Below are positions 46,267 to 57,871 of a stretch of DNA of 64,000 bases, one piece after another. The stretch covers positions 84,506,001-84,570,000 of the forward strand of contig OZ076411.1 in NCBI GenBank assembly GCA_964187785.1, read 5' to 3'. The notes below the pieces were generated by a model. That model was not told where the DNA came from and did no database searches. It was given only the letters and a program-made list of their open reading frames with translations. How positions within the stretch are numbered: the stretch's first letter is position 1; every line of letters starts with the position of its first letter. A program made the translations under genes and the position numbers. This DNA comes from Amphiscolops sp. MND2022. Taxonomy: Eukaryota.

Positions 46267-48368
46267 TGTTACGGCTATTTACCGGTGTGATTTTTGGATT
46301 GACCGTAGTAGTTTTAGTTTCAACAGGTGTTGAAGTTACAGTTGCCGGAACGTTTTCGGACTCAGAATCAGTTTCCTCAGGAAAGGTTAAAACAGGCTGT
46401 TTTATAGCTACTGGGGCAATTAGTTTCAGCATTTCCTTTTGGTTTTCGGCTAGTATTTTAGCTAGGTCAGACATTATCTCTTTTTCAAGGGTAGACTTCT
46501 ATTCTTCTAGATTTTCAGTGTGTACCGTAGGAGATTTGCTACGGGGTTTGTGTTTTGACTATTCCCAGCTAGAGGGGTTTCAATCTCAGCAGAAACTAGT
46601 TTTTCTACAGCTTTCTTTTTCTGGCTTCTGGTAGTCATTTTAGGAAGAGAGAAAGATTCTTTGGAAACTTGAAATTCTTCAAAGAAAGTTTAAGTTTTTC
46701 AAACGAAGTTTTATCGCAAAAATTGAATGAATCATCTTACAAATCATGAATATATATACTTTCCTGGCATCATTTGTTCCTCACCTAAAAGTTCCTAGGA
46801 ATCTTAAAAATCCATTTTGTTCATGAAAACTGCTTATCATCTTTATTATTTCAATCCTTCAACCATTATTTCACAACTAAAAATTTCTAGTTGCGACTCC
46901 TTCACGGAGCTCTTGTTGAAATCATTTTTGTTCAACATTTTAATTTCCGGTTTAATCTCAAAAAGGTGGCAAAATAAAGGTCTAGTTTGATTTCTACCGA
47001 AGAAAGTACGCAGGCGTGAACAATGACTCAGCGCAGGACTAATGAAAATCACCTTTCCGCGGTAAAAGAATGACAAGCAAAATTGACTCCGAAGATATTA
47101 CGAGGACTTTTCACTCGCATACTGAAAAGATTCAAGCTACGTTATGAAAGAAACAAATGATGCCAGAAAATGAGGAGTACGGATTAAAGTCGAATTTTCA
47201 TTTTCCATAACATACTGCTAATCTAAACCAACTTTACATGCACAAAGATCATAGTGATCAGGTTATTTAAACACAACAGCTCGGCTTTACATACTTGAAA
47301 TCATGATGATAAGATCATTTAGCTACAGTATAATAAAATAGCGGAATCCAAGACATTTTTCTCAAAGGTAGAAAAAGCACCTTTTTATTATGTTCACAAA
47401 GCACTCATTTGGTCATTTTCTTTGTCTTAACCTGCAGCACGACAATTTTAATCATTACTGGTAAAACGGGAAAATATTTTGCGCGGTGAGTTCTTTTTTC
47501 CTAAACTCTTTTTGTTCAGTAATGGTTTCGTGCATTTTAGAATGTACTTTTATGAACTATAGTGTTCTCAATCTTTACAATCTGCTCCGTTAGCGCTCCG
47601 TTCGTATTAAGATTAGGTATAGTTTCATTTCTTTACAAACTGCTCCGTAAGCGTTCCGTACGTATTAAGATTAGGTATAACTGAACAGTGGTGGTTTGAC
47701 GGAAAGCGAGCGGAGAGCTTGATTAGATTCATTCTCTTTCTCTCAAATAATTGGCGTAGCTAAGGGCAACCAAGTACAGTTCTATTAGTTTGAGCTCGAA
47801 TAATTCCGCCAGAGGGCGACGCTATTGGTCGGTAAAAATAGAAACACTCGTTATTAGTTTAGTTGAGTGACGCTGTCATTTCGTTGTAAACATTTGCTTT
47901 AAATCACTTGAATGGGGTTTTAAGTGGGTATTAACAACTACTTTTGATTTTGAAAACCATCTCCGCTATCATTTTAGGTTGTATGAACTCCGTTGGGATC
48001 TCGGAGTTAAATATTATTTTCAATGTTTCATTTTAGTGTGGAGAAGAAAGAAATGATCACGTTTTAAAAAACGTTCTTGTTTTAGTATTTAGATTAGTAT
48101 GGAAATTTCAGAAGACAAAACCGGAAGTAGCAAATAGCTTTGCGTGTGAAAACATTAGAACGGAAGTTTCATTTTGTCTAGAAATTATTTTTGAATGTTT
48201 CACGTAGCGCTTACGTTTGTTAAAATTCTTTCGCCTTAATACTCTGTCGTGCTACAGTTTAAGAAAACAAGGTAAGGTATTTTTTAAGGGCCCCATGGCC
48301 GAGTCCGGGGGTAAGTTTGTGTACTCCTTCATGGCAATTGTAGCACCGACCGGGAGCGGGTCGTAACA
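46267..48368 (-). mobile_element. Solo LTR (2102 bp) with truncated gag-like ORF, inserted in a tRNA-like sequence
   Basis: TGTTACG...CGTAACA termini with 5-bp TSD CCCGG (46262-46266, 48369-48373). The minus-strand ORF MSDLAKILAENQKEMLKLIAP...PVNSRN (46474 to 46267) reaches the LTR end. Contains a ~59-bp internal tandem duplication at ~47570-47690. Confidence 0.8.
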
Positions 48369-48576
48369 CCCGGGCTGGTGGTTGAATTTTTTTTGTTTCC
48401 CAGCCAGTAGGTCGTTGGTTCGAACCTGCCTTTCGCCATACTTTTTTGCAATAAGCGAGTCGCGGAAAATATCCCGGTGCTTAGCGGGCGTCTTGTTTTA
48501 ATTTCGAACATGAATACCCCAAAGCAAAATATCCGGGAACGTCTCAGGTCGCAGGTCGACGCCTAGCTATATTCTC

Positions 48577-49164
48577 AGCAAGACGGGAACATCGACAGTC
48601 GGCGCTAAATCCAAGGCTTGAAAAGCGCTGTTTTAAAATGTGCGTAGGACGTTTTCATGAAAAATTCCTGTTTTCGAACCTCCCCCTCCTCCTTACTAAA
48701 ACGTAATACAGTTCGGATATAACGTTAAAAGTTCGGATATAGCGCTTTACTCCGGTCAAAACTTCGGAAAGAATCGAAAAATTATTTGATTTTTATGTTA
48801 TTTCAATATACATTTTATATTTTGATAAAACCTTATTTCAAACGAAAAATGAGAATTGTGAAACAGTCTCACCAGTCTCACAGTGCTGAAAAATGTAAAA
48901 GGAGAGACCCTTTGGGCTTTTTGAAACTCCAGTTTGTTGCAAAATATCAAAACAATTGAAGGGGACCCTTCAGTCTCGCCCGGTTTCGCAAATACACGAA
49001 AAAGATTCTGGCTGAAGCAGGGACTCGAACCCGCGACCACTGGGTTCCCCCTAAACCGATTGAAGGCTGTACTAAAAAGTGGTACATGCAGGGTGAGCTC
49101 TGTGGTCTGCCGAAAAAAAAGCCACTGTAATATTCGGGCTCTTTTCTCAAGAAAAGTGCCGACT
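48577..49164 (-). mobile_element. HINE/DINE-1-like element, dominant family, with tRNA T-arm-like insert
   Basis: Hairpin and subTIR AGTCGGCGC ... AGTGCCGACTAAAA. Internal gggactcgaacccgcgacc. Confidence 0.7.
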
Positions 49165-49302
49165 AAAAATGAGTATCAGGTCAAATTTTACGAATTCAAA
49201 ATTTAAGTCAATTTCTTCTACGCTAAAATTTCCTGAGGTAAAATCTCCCAAGTTAAAATCTTCTTTACGGAAGTCTCATAAAGGGTATGTTGATTAGCGT
49301 TT

Positions 49303-49720
49303 CCGGACATTTGCTACTAGGCAGCTTGTTACTAGGACATTTGTTACTGTAGGCAAAATGCAGCTAGGACAATCGTTACTACAAACAAATTACTACTGAG
49401 CTAATTAGTACTAATTGGGTGCTACAATTGAGTGAGAAGTGAGACTAATTAGTGAATATTGAAAACAACCAAGTTTGGTGGAATTATTGGTCAAAATTGC
49501 TAGTAAATTAGTAGTAGTCAACATACTACTGAAGGATAAAACGGTAGATTTTCGTGTCTTTCCAGACTCAGAAAGCCTGACTAATAGTTCCATATTTAAA
49601 CAGTCCCATAGTTGCAAACAGCAAGCAAACTATCTATTAGCAAATAGACTCTAGTAGCGAATTTTCTAATTGCAAATGACCTAGTAGCAAACGTCTCAGT
49701 AGCAAATGTCCTGCAACCGG
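49303..49720. mobile_element. Foldback-type MITE with ttgctactag/ctagtagcaa subrepeats
   Basis: ggacatttgctactag ... ctagtagcaaa...agcaaatgtcc inverted arms. Confidence 0.55.
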
Positions 49721-49903
49721 TGATTTCATACGTTCATATGCCAATAGTTCCCTAAATGCAGGAGTGACGTGTCATCGCTGGTTTAGAGGCTGGTTTTGGC
49801 GAAGGCCGCCGACCTGGAAGAAGGAAGCCGGATCATACAGCCACTGTTTGACTTCATTCAATTTAGCAGATTTCAACTGGGGAGAATTGGACATGTAACC
49901 CAA

Positions 49904-50382
49904 AACAAGACGGGAGCCTCTAAAGTCGGCGCTATATCTAAGGCTCAAAAAGCGCAAAAGACTTTTTAAAAAAAAATTTGAAATTTTTGATTGTTTTTCT
50001 TTCGGAAAATGTCGCATAGTGCCGAAAATTGTAAAAGGGGGACCCTTTGGGCTTTATTAACATATATTCTGTTGCAAAATATCAAAAAACTCGAAAGGAG
50101 GACTCTTTTGAGACATTGAAAAATTTTCGAAAAAAGTCGCACAATGCCGAAAAAAATGGAACCCTTTAGTCTCGTCCGGTTTTGTAGGTTACGTTATAAA
50201 AGTAAAAAATGAAAGGGGGACCCTTTTGCACTAATTTCCGCTGACCGGACTTGGCCTTATGGTAGTAGTTTTAGTAGTTTTGATTGTAAGAAAAGTGGCC
50301 CAATCAGAGTGAGATTGTAGTCTGACGAAAAAAAACTAGCCACTGTAAGTGTCGGGCACTTTTCCCTAGAAAAGCGCCGACT
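49904..50382 (-). mobile_element. HINE/DINE-1-like element, dominant family
   Basis: Close reverse complement of 32732-33214, including the non-repetitive ctctgattgggccac segment. Confidence 0.8.
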
Positions 50383-51716
50383 AAAAACACTCCGATCTCT
50401 TTCACCATGTCCCCCTTTTGACTGGTTAAACTATGCCCCCTTTTTGTGTCCTTTCGCTATGCCCCCCTGTATTCGTTTTCATTTGCAAATCTCCCTGGTT
50501 ACCCTGTCAATCAATTGATTTTTTCATATATACCGACACTTTTGATTGGCTTTTATCAAATTGTCAATATCCCCACTCAGCCAATAAGAAGTTTGGATAC
50601 TTCATACAGTCTTTAACAGTGTTTCACTTTGTCCTCATTTTTTTTGCGATGTATTCAAAAACGTTTCACTTTGTCCTCCCTTTTTGCTATAGGGGGGCCC
50701 AGCGAAAGAGATCCAAACGCTCTTCCAATGATGCTAAATTGCTTTGTTTTGAAAAATCTGATAAAATACAGTGCCGGCAAATTTCAAGAGGGGGCTGTTT
50801 TGACACAAAAATATTTTTTTTTTACTGGAACACCAAAAATTAAAGGGAAAAAGTTGTTTCTCAAAAAAAAGATGCAAAGTGCCCAAAAACACAAAAACTC
50901 TTTGTCTCTTTTAGTTAAAGGAAAAAAGTATTGAACGTATGAAACCCTTTAAAAATTCGGCTGAAGGGGGTAAAGTTGTATAACAGCAAAAGATGTTATC
51001 ACCAAACTAACAAGCGATAAACAGGCATATTCGAAAAGCTAGCGCTACATCAGAAAATTCCGTTTTGATAAGCTCGGTATTGGCTTAATTCGAACCCTTA
51101 CCCCTTCAATAATTAGGAGGCAAAAACAGAAATGCGCTTTATTCGATTTTTGACGTTATGTATGGAAGGTATCACTTTTCATACATTACTTGAAAAACAC
51201 TATTTCTATAGTTCGCTTTAAGAACCATCGCCTTTCAATATCTTCAGCGGAAGCTCTATCCACTATCCTATCGAGTCTTACATCTGAGAAATTTCCTCCA
51301 GTGAAATTTATAAAATTTATCGGAAACATCCACCACAGTGACAGCTGGAGAAAAACTCTTTGGCCCCAGAGAGTTTTGTAACTGAAATAAAAATGTAAAT
51401 GAGTGAGCATATTTCGACCACTGATAGACTTTTTGTGTAAAAAATTCGGTCACCAATTTTTGTTATTACAACAAAGATTTCCAATATAGCGTCGCAAAGC
51501 AACTGCGCAATTCAAGCCTTGATTCGGCCGTGGAAAGAGCCCGTTAACCCTTAAACTTTCAAAACGATGAAGCAAACGAGACTTCGTTACAAAATAAATA
51601 GTAACCTATTGAGAAATCTTCAAGTTCTCGCCAAAATCTTGCATGCTATTGCTTCTTCACGTTTGCTAATTGCGCCAGATTACATCCTATTGATTAATGG
51701 GTACTGTTGAAATTGT

Positions 51717-51824
51717 AATAAACGTTTTTACAGGAGATTATCAAAAAAACTTTGGCTCTCACTTGGCATATATGCTAAGGGAGAGCCAAAGCTTTTTTGA
51801 TAATCTCCTGTAAAAACGTTTATT
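51717..51824. repeat. 108-bp palindrome
   Basis: 54-bp arms centred on GCATA|TATGC with 3 mismatches. A 14-bp inverted repeat AAAGGGTCACCTTT/AAAGGTGACCCTTT follows at 51840-51885. Confidence 0.85.
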
Positions 51825-53424
51825 TCAAGTGCTATCTTCAAAGGGTCACCTTTATATATACAGTTCTTTAAAAAGGTGACCCTTTAGATGCGTTTCAATT
51901 TGACAGTGTTCAATTTGAAAAATTTTCGATTGCTAGGTAGTTAATGGATCACTTTTTCTCAATTCTAATTTGAACAGTGCTAAATTGAAGATAGCACTTG
52001 CTGGACACATAAAAATTTGAAGTAACTCTGAAAAACTTATCATAAAACCAGTTTCATAACTCTGAATAATAATAAAACTCCTGGGTTGTGTTTTAGCTGA
52101 AGCATGAAAAACTTTTTGATCAAATTCTACAAGGCAGTGCAAAAATTCGCTCTACCACTGCGCCTCGTGTTTAAAGTAACAATTACGTTCTCAAACATAC
52201 ACGACATACGTTCAAAAGTTGTACAAAAATTGACACAACTTTTTTTAGGAATTTTCTTTGTATTGTTGACATATCTCTATATAAGAATTTCTTCGAACTT
52301 CACCTTTATTTCTTGAATTATATTCTAGCAGCTCTGCCATTCGGAGAAAAATTGGAATTGAAAAGGTTGCTAGTGTTATACGGTGGATTCGTCATGAGCT
52401 ATTACCGAGTTTTGATTCAGAACACAGACAGATACCAAACATTGTTGACAAACAATCAAATTTACAGTCAATGCTTCGAGTTACATATTTGTGAATAGAT
52501 TTTAAGGACAATGTTTCTTATCCCCCCAAGCTGTCGCGGGGGGCGGTATTAAGAAACTAGATTCAAATACTATTATGTCGACATTGTTTGCTCTGAAAAT
52601 TCGGTCCAATACTATGAATGATGTCAGCATAATTCAATCTTTTACTTTGATTCACAATTAAAAGTTGCTCATTTTAGTTTATTGCGGAGAAAATTTGCGT
52701 TGAAATAAGGAGGGGGGCTTTTCTATACAATTGTGGCTTGTTCTAGGGGTCCATTTTTACTTTTTTTGTCAGAAAAATCAAAAAGTCCCACTAAATTTTG
52801 CTGCAAGTGTCGAAACAATCCTAGAGACAATCTTCTAAGTGTTTCTAACCATGTGAAATTATTTCATTGGCGCAAGAAATTTTTTCAAGCATAAAAGTTG
52901 TTTTCGTGTAGGGGGAAACAAGAAACAAGGTATAGCTGGGGGATAGGAAAAATGGTCCCAACAACTAGCCAAGTGTGAAACTATTGGAACTCTTGATAAG
53001 AATCGTGGATATTCGTGGATTTTTTGGAGAGAAAGAAATCCAAGATCTTGCAAGATTGTGCCAAGAATTTCAAGAAATCCTAAGATTTCTATCAAGAGTT
53101 TCAAAAATACCAAGAAAAAGCAAGGAAATGCAAGAGGCCTCAAGATTCCCGTTTAGAGCCTCAGTCATCATAAAATTTTCAGAAGTCTCGATAAATTAAC
53201 TAATTCAGTTGCATACGCGTCCTGAAATCCAAAACAAATTTTGAAACCGACAGAAAAGTCATGAATTCCGATTTTGATCCAACAGTTGCATGAATCTTTC
53301 TTCAGAAGGGCGAAATTGAAAAATGAGATCTAAAAAGGTTCATGGGTCGCAGAATATTGAATATTGAAGATCCGAAAAAGCAAAAAGGTCCAAAAGGTCC
53401 AAAAATCAACACTGAAACGAAGAG

Positions 53425-53884
53425 CCCAGTGTTCGAAGCCATGGAATCCTTGCCATGATCATGGTAAATCTCGCTAAATCATGGTTAACCATGGTACCCT
53501 TGTCAAGATCATGGCAGATCACGGGTTCTAATTACTAAAGTCCAATAATGCAGTAAAAACTTATAATGGTCGGAGCAAAAACATTTTTCCTTAAATGTCT
53601 TGAGTATCAGTCTTTCTTCTGTTTAACCCTATGCATGTCTGTTTTTTGGTCCGAACAAATTTTTAGATAATAGTTACAATTTGAAAATAAGAGCTCTGAA
53701 TTTTCCAAAAGTTTCGCTAATTGTACCATGGAACCCTTGCCAAGATCATGGTTAATCATGGTTAGCCTTTGCACGATCTTGCATGGCCATGGTATCCCTG
53801 CCAAGATCATGGCAAGATCTTGGCAAGGCTAGCAAGGAACTTGCCATGGATCTTGGCAAGGGTACCATGGCTTCGAACACTGGG
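53425..53884. mobile_element. MITE (460 bp) with CCCAGTGTTCGAAGCCATGG TIRs and internal ccatg/caagatc subrepeats
   Basis: Perfect 20-bp inverted termini. No clear TSD, so the superfamily is unassigned. Confidence 0.7.
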
Positions 53885-54536
53885 AGATCACGACACGTTT
53901 TTGTAGGTTACTAAGGTAATTTTTCATGATTCTAGAACATTTGCTAACACTTTTTGAGGCTGCTTGAAATCTTATTGACTGGTCTTATTCGCTACTATTT
54001 TGGCAAAATTCAGGTTTCACACGAACATAATCTGTATGTTTGATAAAAATACTCTGTCCACTGAAAACCTTAGGTTGTTTGGTTCACAATAAGTTGAAAA
54101 AAACTATATTCAGGTATGGTTTTTCGAAGCTCTGTTTTATACTTTATCTTATTGAATTGCATAGTTTTTCGCTTAGGAACATCCTGTTTAAGTCAGTCCT
54201 TTTTTTCAAAATCATTAAAATTATAATCTGTGTTGCTTTTTTCCAAATTCTGCCAAATCTCCACTTTTTACTCCATTTCATATTTAATATTGTGTTTTAC
54301 TAAGGAGGAGGCGGAGGTTGGAAAGTAAGCGCTCCCATTTGTCCCAGCACGCTATATCCAAACTTTTGACGCTTTATCCGAAGTTAAATTGCGTTTTACC
54401 AAGGAGGAGGTAAATGTTTGATTAGGTGTCTACTGTTAGCCAATTGAAGGCGGAAAATATGCCCGAACATAGCGGGAATCTTGTGTATAGTATATCTTGT
54501 TTTCTGAGCATCTTAGTTTTAGAGTACAACAACTAG

Positions 54537-54958
54537 GGTTACATGACATTTCGTCCTATGCAATTTCAACCTATGCAAATTCAAACGTTGTCATTTCAAC
54601 CTGTATTGCATTTTCAACTTTCCGCCATTTCAACCTATACTAATTTTAGTTAATTACTCCTGATTCATTTTAGTTATTATTTCAGTACAACAGTTATTTA
54701 TAAAACAAAATGCTTCAATTATAGGTAATTATTCATGAAGAAGCCAAAACGAATCAAAACTGGCGTAAATATAGCACATTTGAATTTAGAAATGTATAAA
54801 AATGAAAGCAGTTATAAAAATGATATAACTTATTAAGATCCATCAACAAAAGTTAGTTTAGGTCGAAATTGCGGAAGGTTGAAAAAGCAAAAGGTTGAAA
54901 TTGCCCACAATTGAAATGGCAACGATTGAAAGTGCATAGGATGAAATGTGCTGACACC
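54537..54958. mobile_element. Foldback-type MITE (same family as 26930-27387)
   Basis: ggttacatgacatttcgtcctatgca ... tgcataggatgaaatgtgctgacacc inverted arms with atttcaacc subrepeats. Confidence 0.6.
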
Positions 54959-54981
54959 AACAACAATCAGTAAGTACTAAC

Positions 54982-55240
54982 GTCCTTTCCAGGCGTAGAA
55001 GACTTCGTCTGCGGTGTATCCGAAACTGGAGAGCATGAGCGAGCAGGTGACTATGTCGAAGGGGAACAGCATGACGTCAGGACTGCAGGGGGTGGTGAGA
55101 CGCACCTTGCGGTTGTACTCTATGTTGCCGTGCTTGTCCACCACCAGGTACTGCTCCTCCAGAGAGTAGATCTGGGAGCGCACCAGCTGGAAGTACGTGT
55201 CCGGGTACCAGATCGAGTCCGGCAGATCTCCCCCCGTGAT
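54982..55240 (-). CDS. Cys-loop channel exon containing loop A, the Cys-loop and loop B
   Basis: Acceptor tattgcag| at 55241 and phase 1 donor C|gttagt. Encodes ITGGDLPDSIWYPDTYF...CSPDVMLFPFDIVTCSLMLSSFGYTADEVFYAWKG (C-x13-C). The phase matches the exon at 28886. Confidence 0.92.
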
Positions 55241-55515
55241 CTGCAATATAAGATGAAAAGTATGGTTGTATATGAATATATATTTTTATTTCAATTTTAG
55301 AATTTACATTTCAGCCAACAAATGCTATAACACTTTTGAAGTGCGTATAATTTCGTAACAAATGAAATAGTGTAGTGTACATGAATCGAATCAAGAAAAA
55401 CACGAAAAATAGTTAAGTTGCTGTTGAAATAGACAAAAAGCTATAATGAAAGCAAAGATATTTTGATAGTACATGTTTTGATTGTAACATCAACCGCATT
55501 TGTTGAACACTTTTT

Positions 55516-56057
55516 AGTCGGCGCTTTCTAGTGAAAAGAGCCCGACTATTACAGTGGCTAGGTTTTTTCTTTTTTTTTTCGTCCGACCACAGACCTCATT
55601 GTGTATGTACCAGTTTTTAGTACAGAATTTATTCGGTTTACGGTGAACCCAGCGGTCACGGGTTCGAGTCCTTGCATCAGCCAGAAACTTTTTCGAGCAA
55701 TTTTTTTCGGCACTGTGCGACTCTCAATTTTTTTCGGCGCTCTGTGACTTTTCGAATTTTTTTTAACTTCAAAGGTCCCACCTTCAAGTTTTTTTTGATA
55801 TTTTGCAGCAAACTAAAGTGCCAAAGAGCCCAAAGGGTCTCCCGTTTTATGTATTTCGGCACTATGAGACTGTTCAAAGGAATTTTTTAAATTCGATTTT
55901 TTTGTCTCCAAAGGGTTCCCCCTTCAATTTATTTGATATTTTGCAACAAACTGGATTTTCAAAAAGCCCGAAGGGTCCCTCCCCTTTTACAGGTTTAAAA
56001 ACTTTGCGCTTTTTGAGCCTTAGATATAGCGCCGACTTTAGACGTTCCCGTCTTGTT
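55516..56057 (+). mobile_element. HINE/DINE-1-like element followed head-to-tail by a truncated second copy (56059-56390)
   Basis: ttttt-AGTCGGCGC ... GCGCCGACT-TTA-GACGTTCCCGTC-TTGTT, immediately followed by t-AGTCGG...GTGCCCGA. Confidence 0.75.
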
Positions 56058-56416
56058 TAGTCGGTAGATTTAGTAACAAAAAAGTGCCCGAGCGTTACAG
56101 ATGCAAACTTCTTTTTTGTCAGTTTTCACTCTGAATGGTTTGTTCAACGTGTCCACTATTTTGTTCAACTTCGTCAGTGATTTCATTACCTCGTGAAGCA
56201 ACTCTAAAAAGTATTTAGGACCATATCACAAGGCTAGGAAGTAGCAAAGTGTTCCCCCCTTTGATGGATTTCGGCACTGTGCGACCTTTTCTGGAAGTTT
56301 TAAATTCCCCCAAAAGGTCCCTTTTTGGTTTCTTTGACATTTTCAAACAAGAAAAAACCTTTTTCCGACCAGAAGGGTGTTTTTCGGCGCTGTTAGATTT
56401 AGCAGAATTATCATAT

Positions 56417-57232
56417 TGTAAGAACCATGACCCATGGTATCTCTTAAGTCACCTACAGATCTTGAATCTTTCTTTGCAATTTTTATCTTAGGCCCGGGTG
56501 CGCTTTCCCTGTTCTCCTGACTATTTGGGGACGAACTGGCCTCAGTGTCCCTGTGTCCCATAGAGGACATCGAGTTTGCAATATTCTGGATTTCTGGAAT
56601 AACTCTTTCAGCTATAGCTGTTGATATAGCTCTATTTATTTGGCTATGCATTATTGACATCATAGATTCCATTTCTTGAGACAATCTAAGATTAAACTCA
56701 CTTGAAAAGGCCTCAAAGGATTGCCTGACTTCGTTTTGCCTCAAAGGTTCATTTTCATGTAAGTAATCTCTAAACTCATTTTCATGGTACACGTTTGTAT
56801 CACCGTCCCCGTGGGCCGATGACTGATCTATTGCTTCAACTAGTTCTCTTTCAATGGGATTATTATTTTCATTTCCCAGCATCACATCTAGGTTATCATA
56901 GTCGGACAGCATGTCCATTTCTCTAGATCTCCTAGCTTTGGCTTTCTGACGTCTAGTAGAAGGCATAAGAGATTATTGCAAGAGGCAAGAATTTAAATTA
57001 ATATCTTGGGCTTGCAAAGTGAAAATGAACGGGTAGTTTTAATAAACAATTCGCAACAGTAACGCATCAAAGTATCATCAAGATAATTCTGTCTCCGGGA
57101 CCACCAGTCCCGGTTATATATATTTGAATTTGCATGACACTCAATAAAATGGTGGTCATAATCTAAAAATAGCCTTAAGGGCTTTCTAAATATAGCTACA
57201 ATCTATAAATAGCAGGCAACGTCAACATTACA
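56417..57232 (-). mobile_element. Solo LTR (816 bp) with truncated gag-like ORF
   Basis: TGTAAG...ATTACA termini with 6-bp TSD TCATAT (56411-56416, 57233-57238). Minus-strand TATA-like ATATATAA near 57115. The ORF MPSTRRQKAKARRSREMDM... (from 56966) reaches the LTR end. Confidence 0.8.
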
Positions 57233-57871
57233 TCATATAGATCAAAGGTCCCTCTTGGCGGCAAATATGGCGGCGGGACCATGAGTCCGTTAGGACAAGC
57301 AACTGCTTACATGCATTCTAAGCAACGTACTACATGTATGAAATACATATTACATGTATAGATAGTAATCTTACATATATTCTAAACTAAATATATTGCG
57401 CAAATTACATATGAAGCAACACCATCAAACTAAGTCTAAAATATTAAATCAGTCCTTTGAGGACCAATAGCGCCTTTTATTAGTTATCGAAAGATTAATT
57501 ATTACATAACCAGTACTGCTAGATAGAATAGCACTCTCAATTAAAGCGCGGACTCAGTGTCCAATAGACTGGTACAGCCCAGCGCTTTATTAGCAGGCGG
57601 CATATAGCTGTCTAGTCCTTTAATCTATTAAGCTAGCACGAGTAAAGGTTACATAACACTGCGCTATGATTGGATGACGAGTTAGTCGGACTTGCGGACC
57701 AAGGCGACAGGCAAGAAAACATTTGAACGCGTTTCCTTTACCTGTACGCCTTGGTGTCCAATTAACTCGTATTAATGCATAGAATTACATAATATAACTT
57801 GCACAAAATGAAATATATAGAGTTTTACATGACTTTTTAGAGCAACAATAATAGTTTTCCTTGTAAGTTTT

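Noticed and set aside
50430-50934. ORFs 50433-50843 and 50629-50934 and the atgccccc repeats
   Set aside because: Low-complexity, repeat-derived sequence with no recognisable domain, and boundaries could not be defined.
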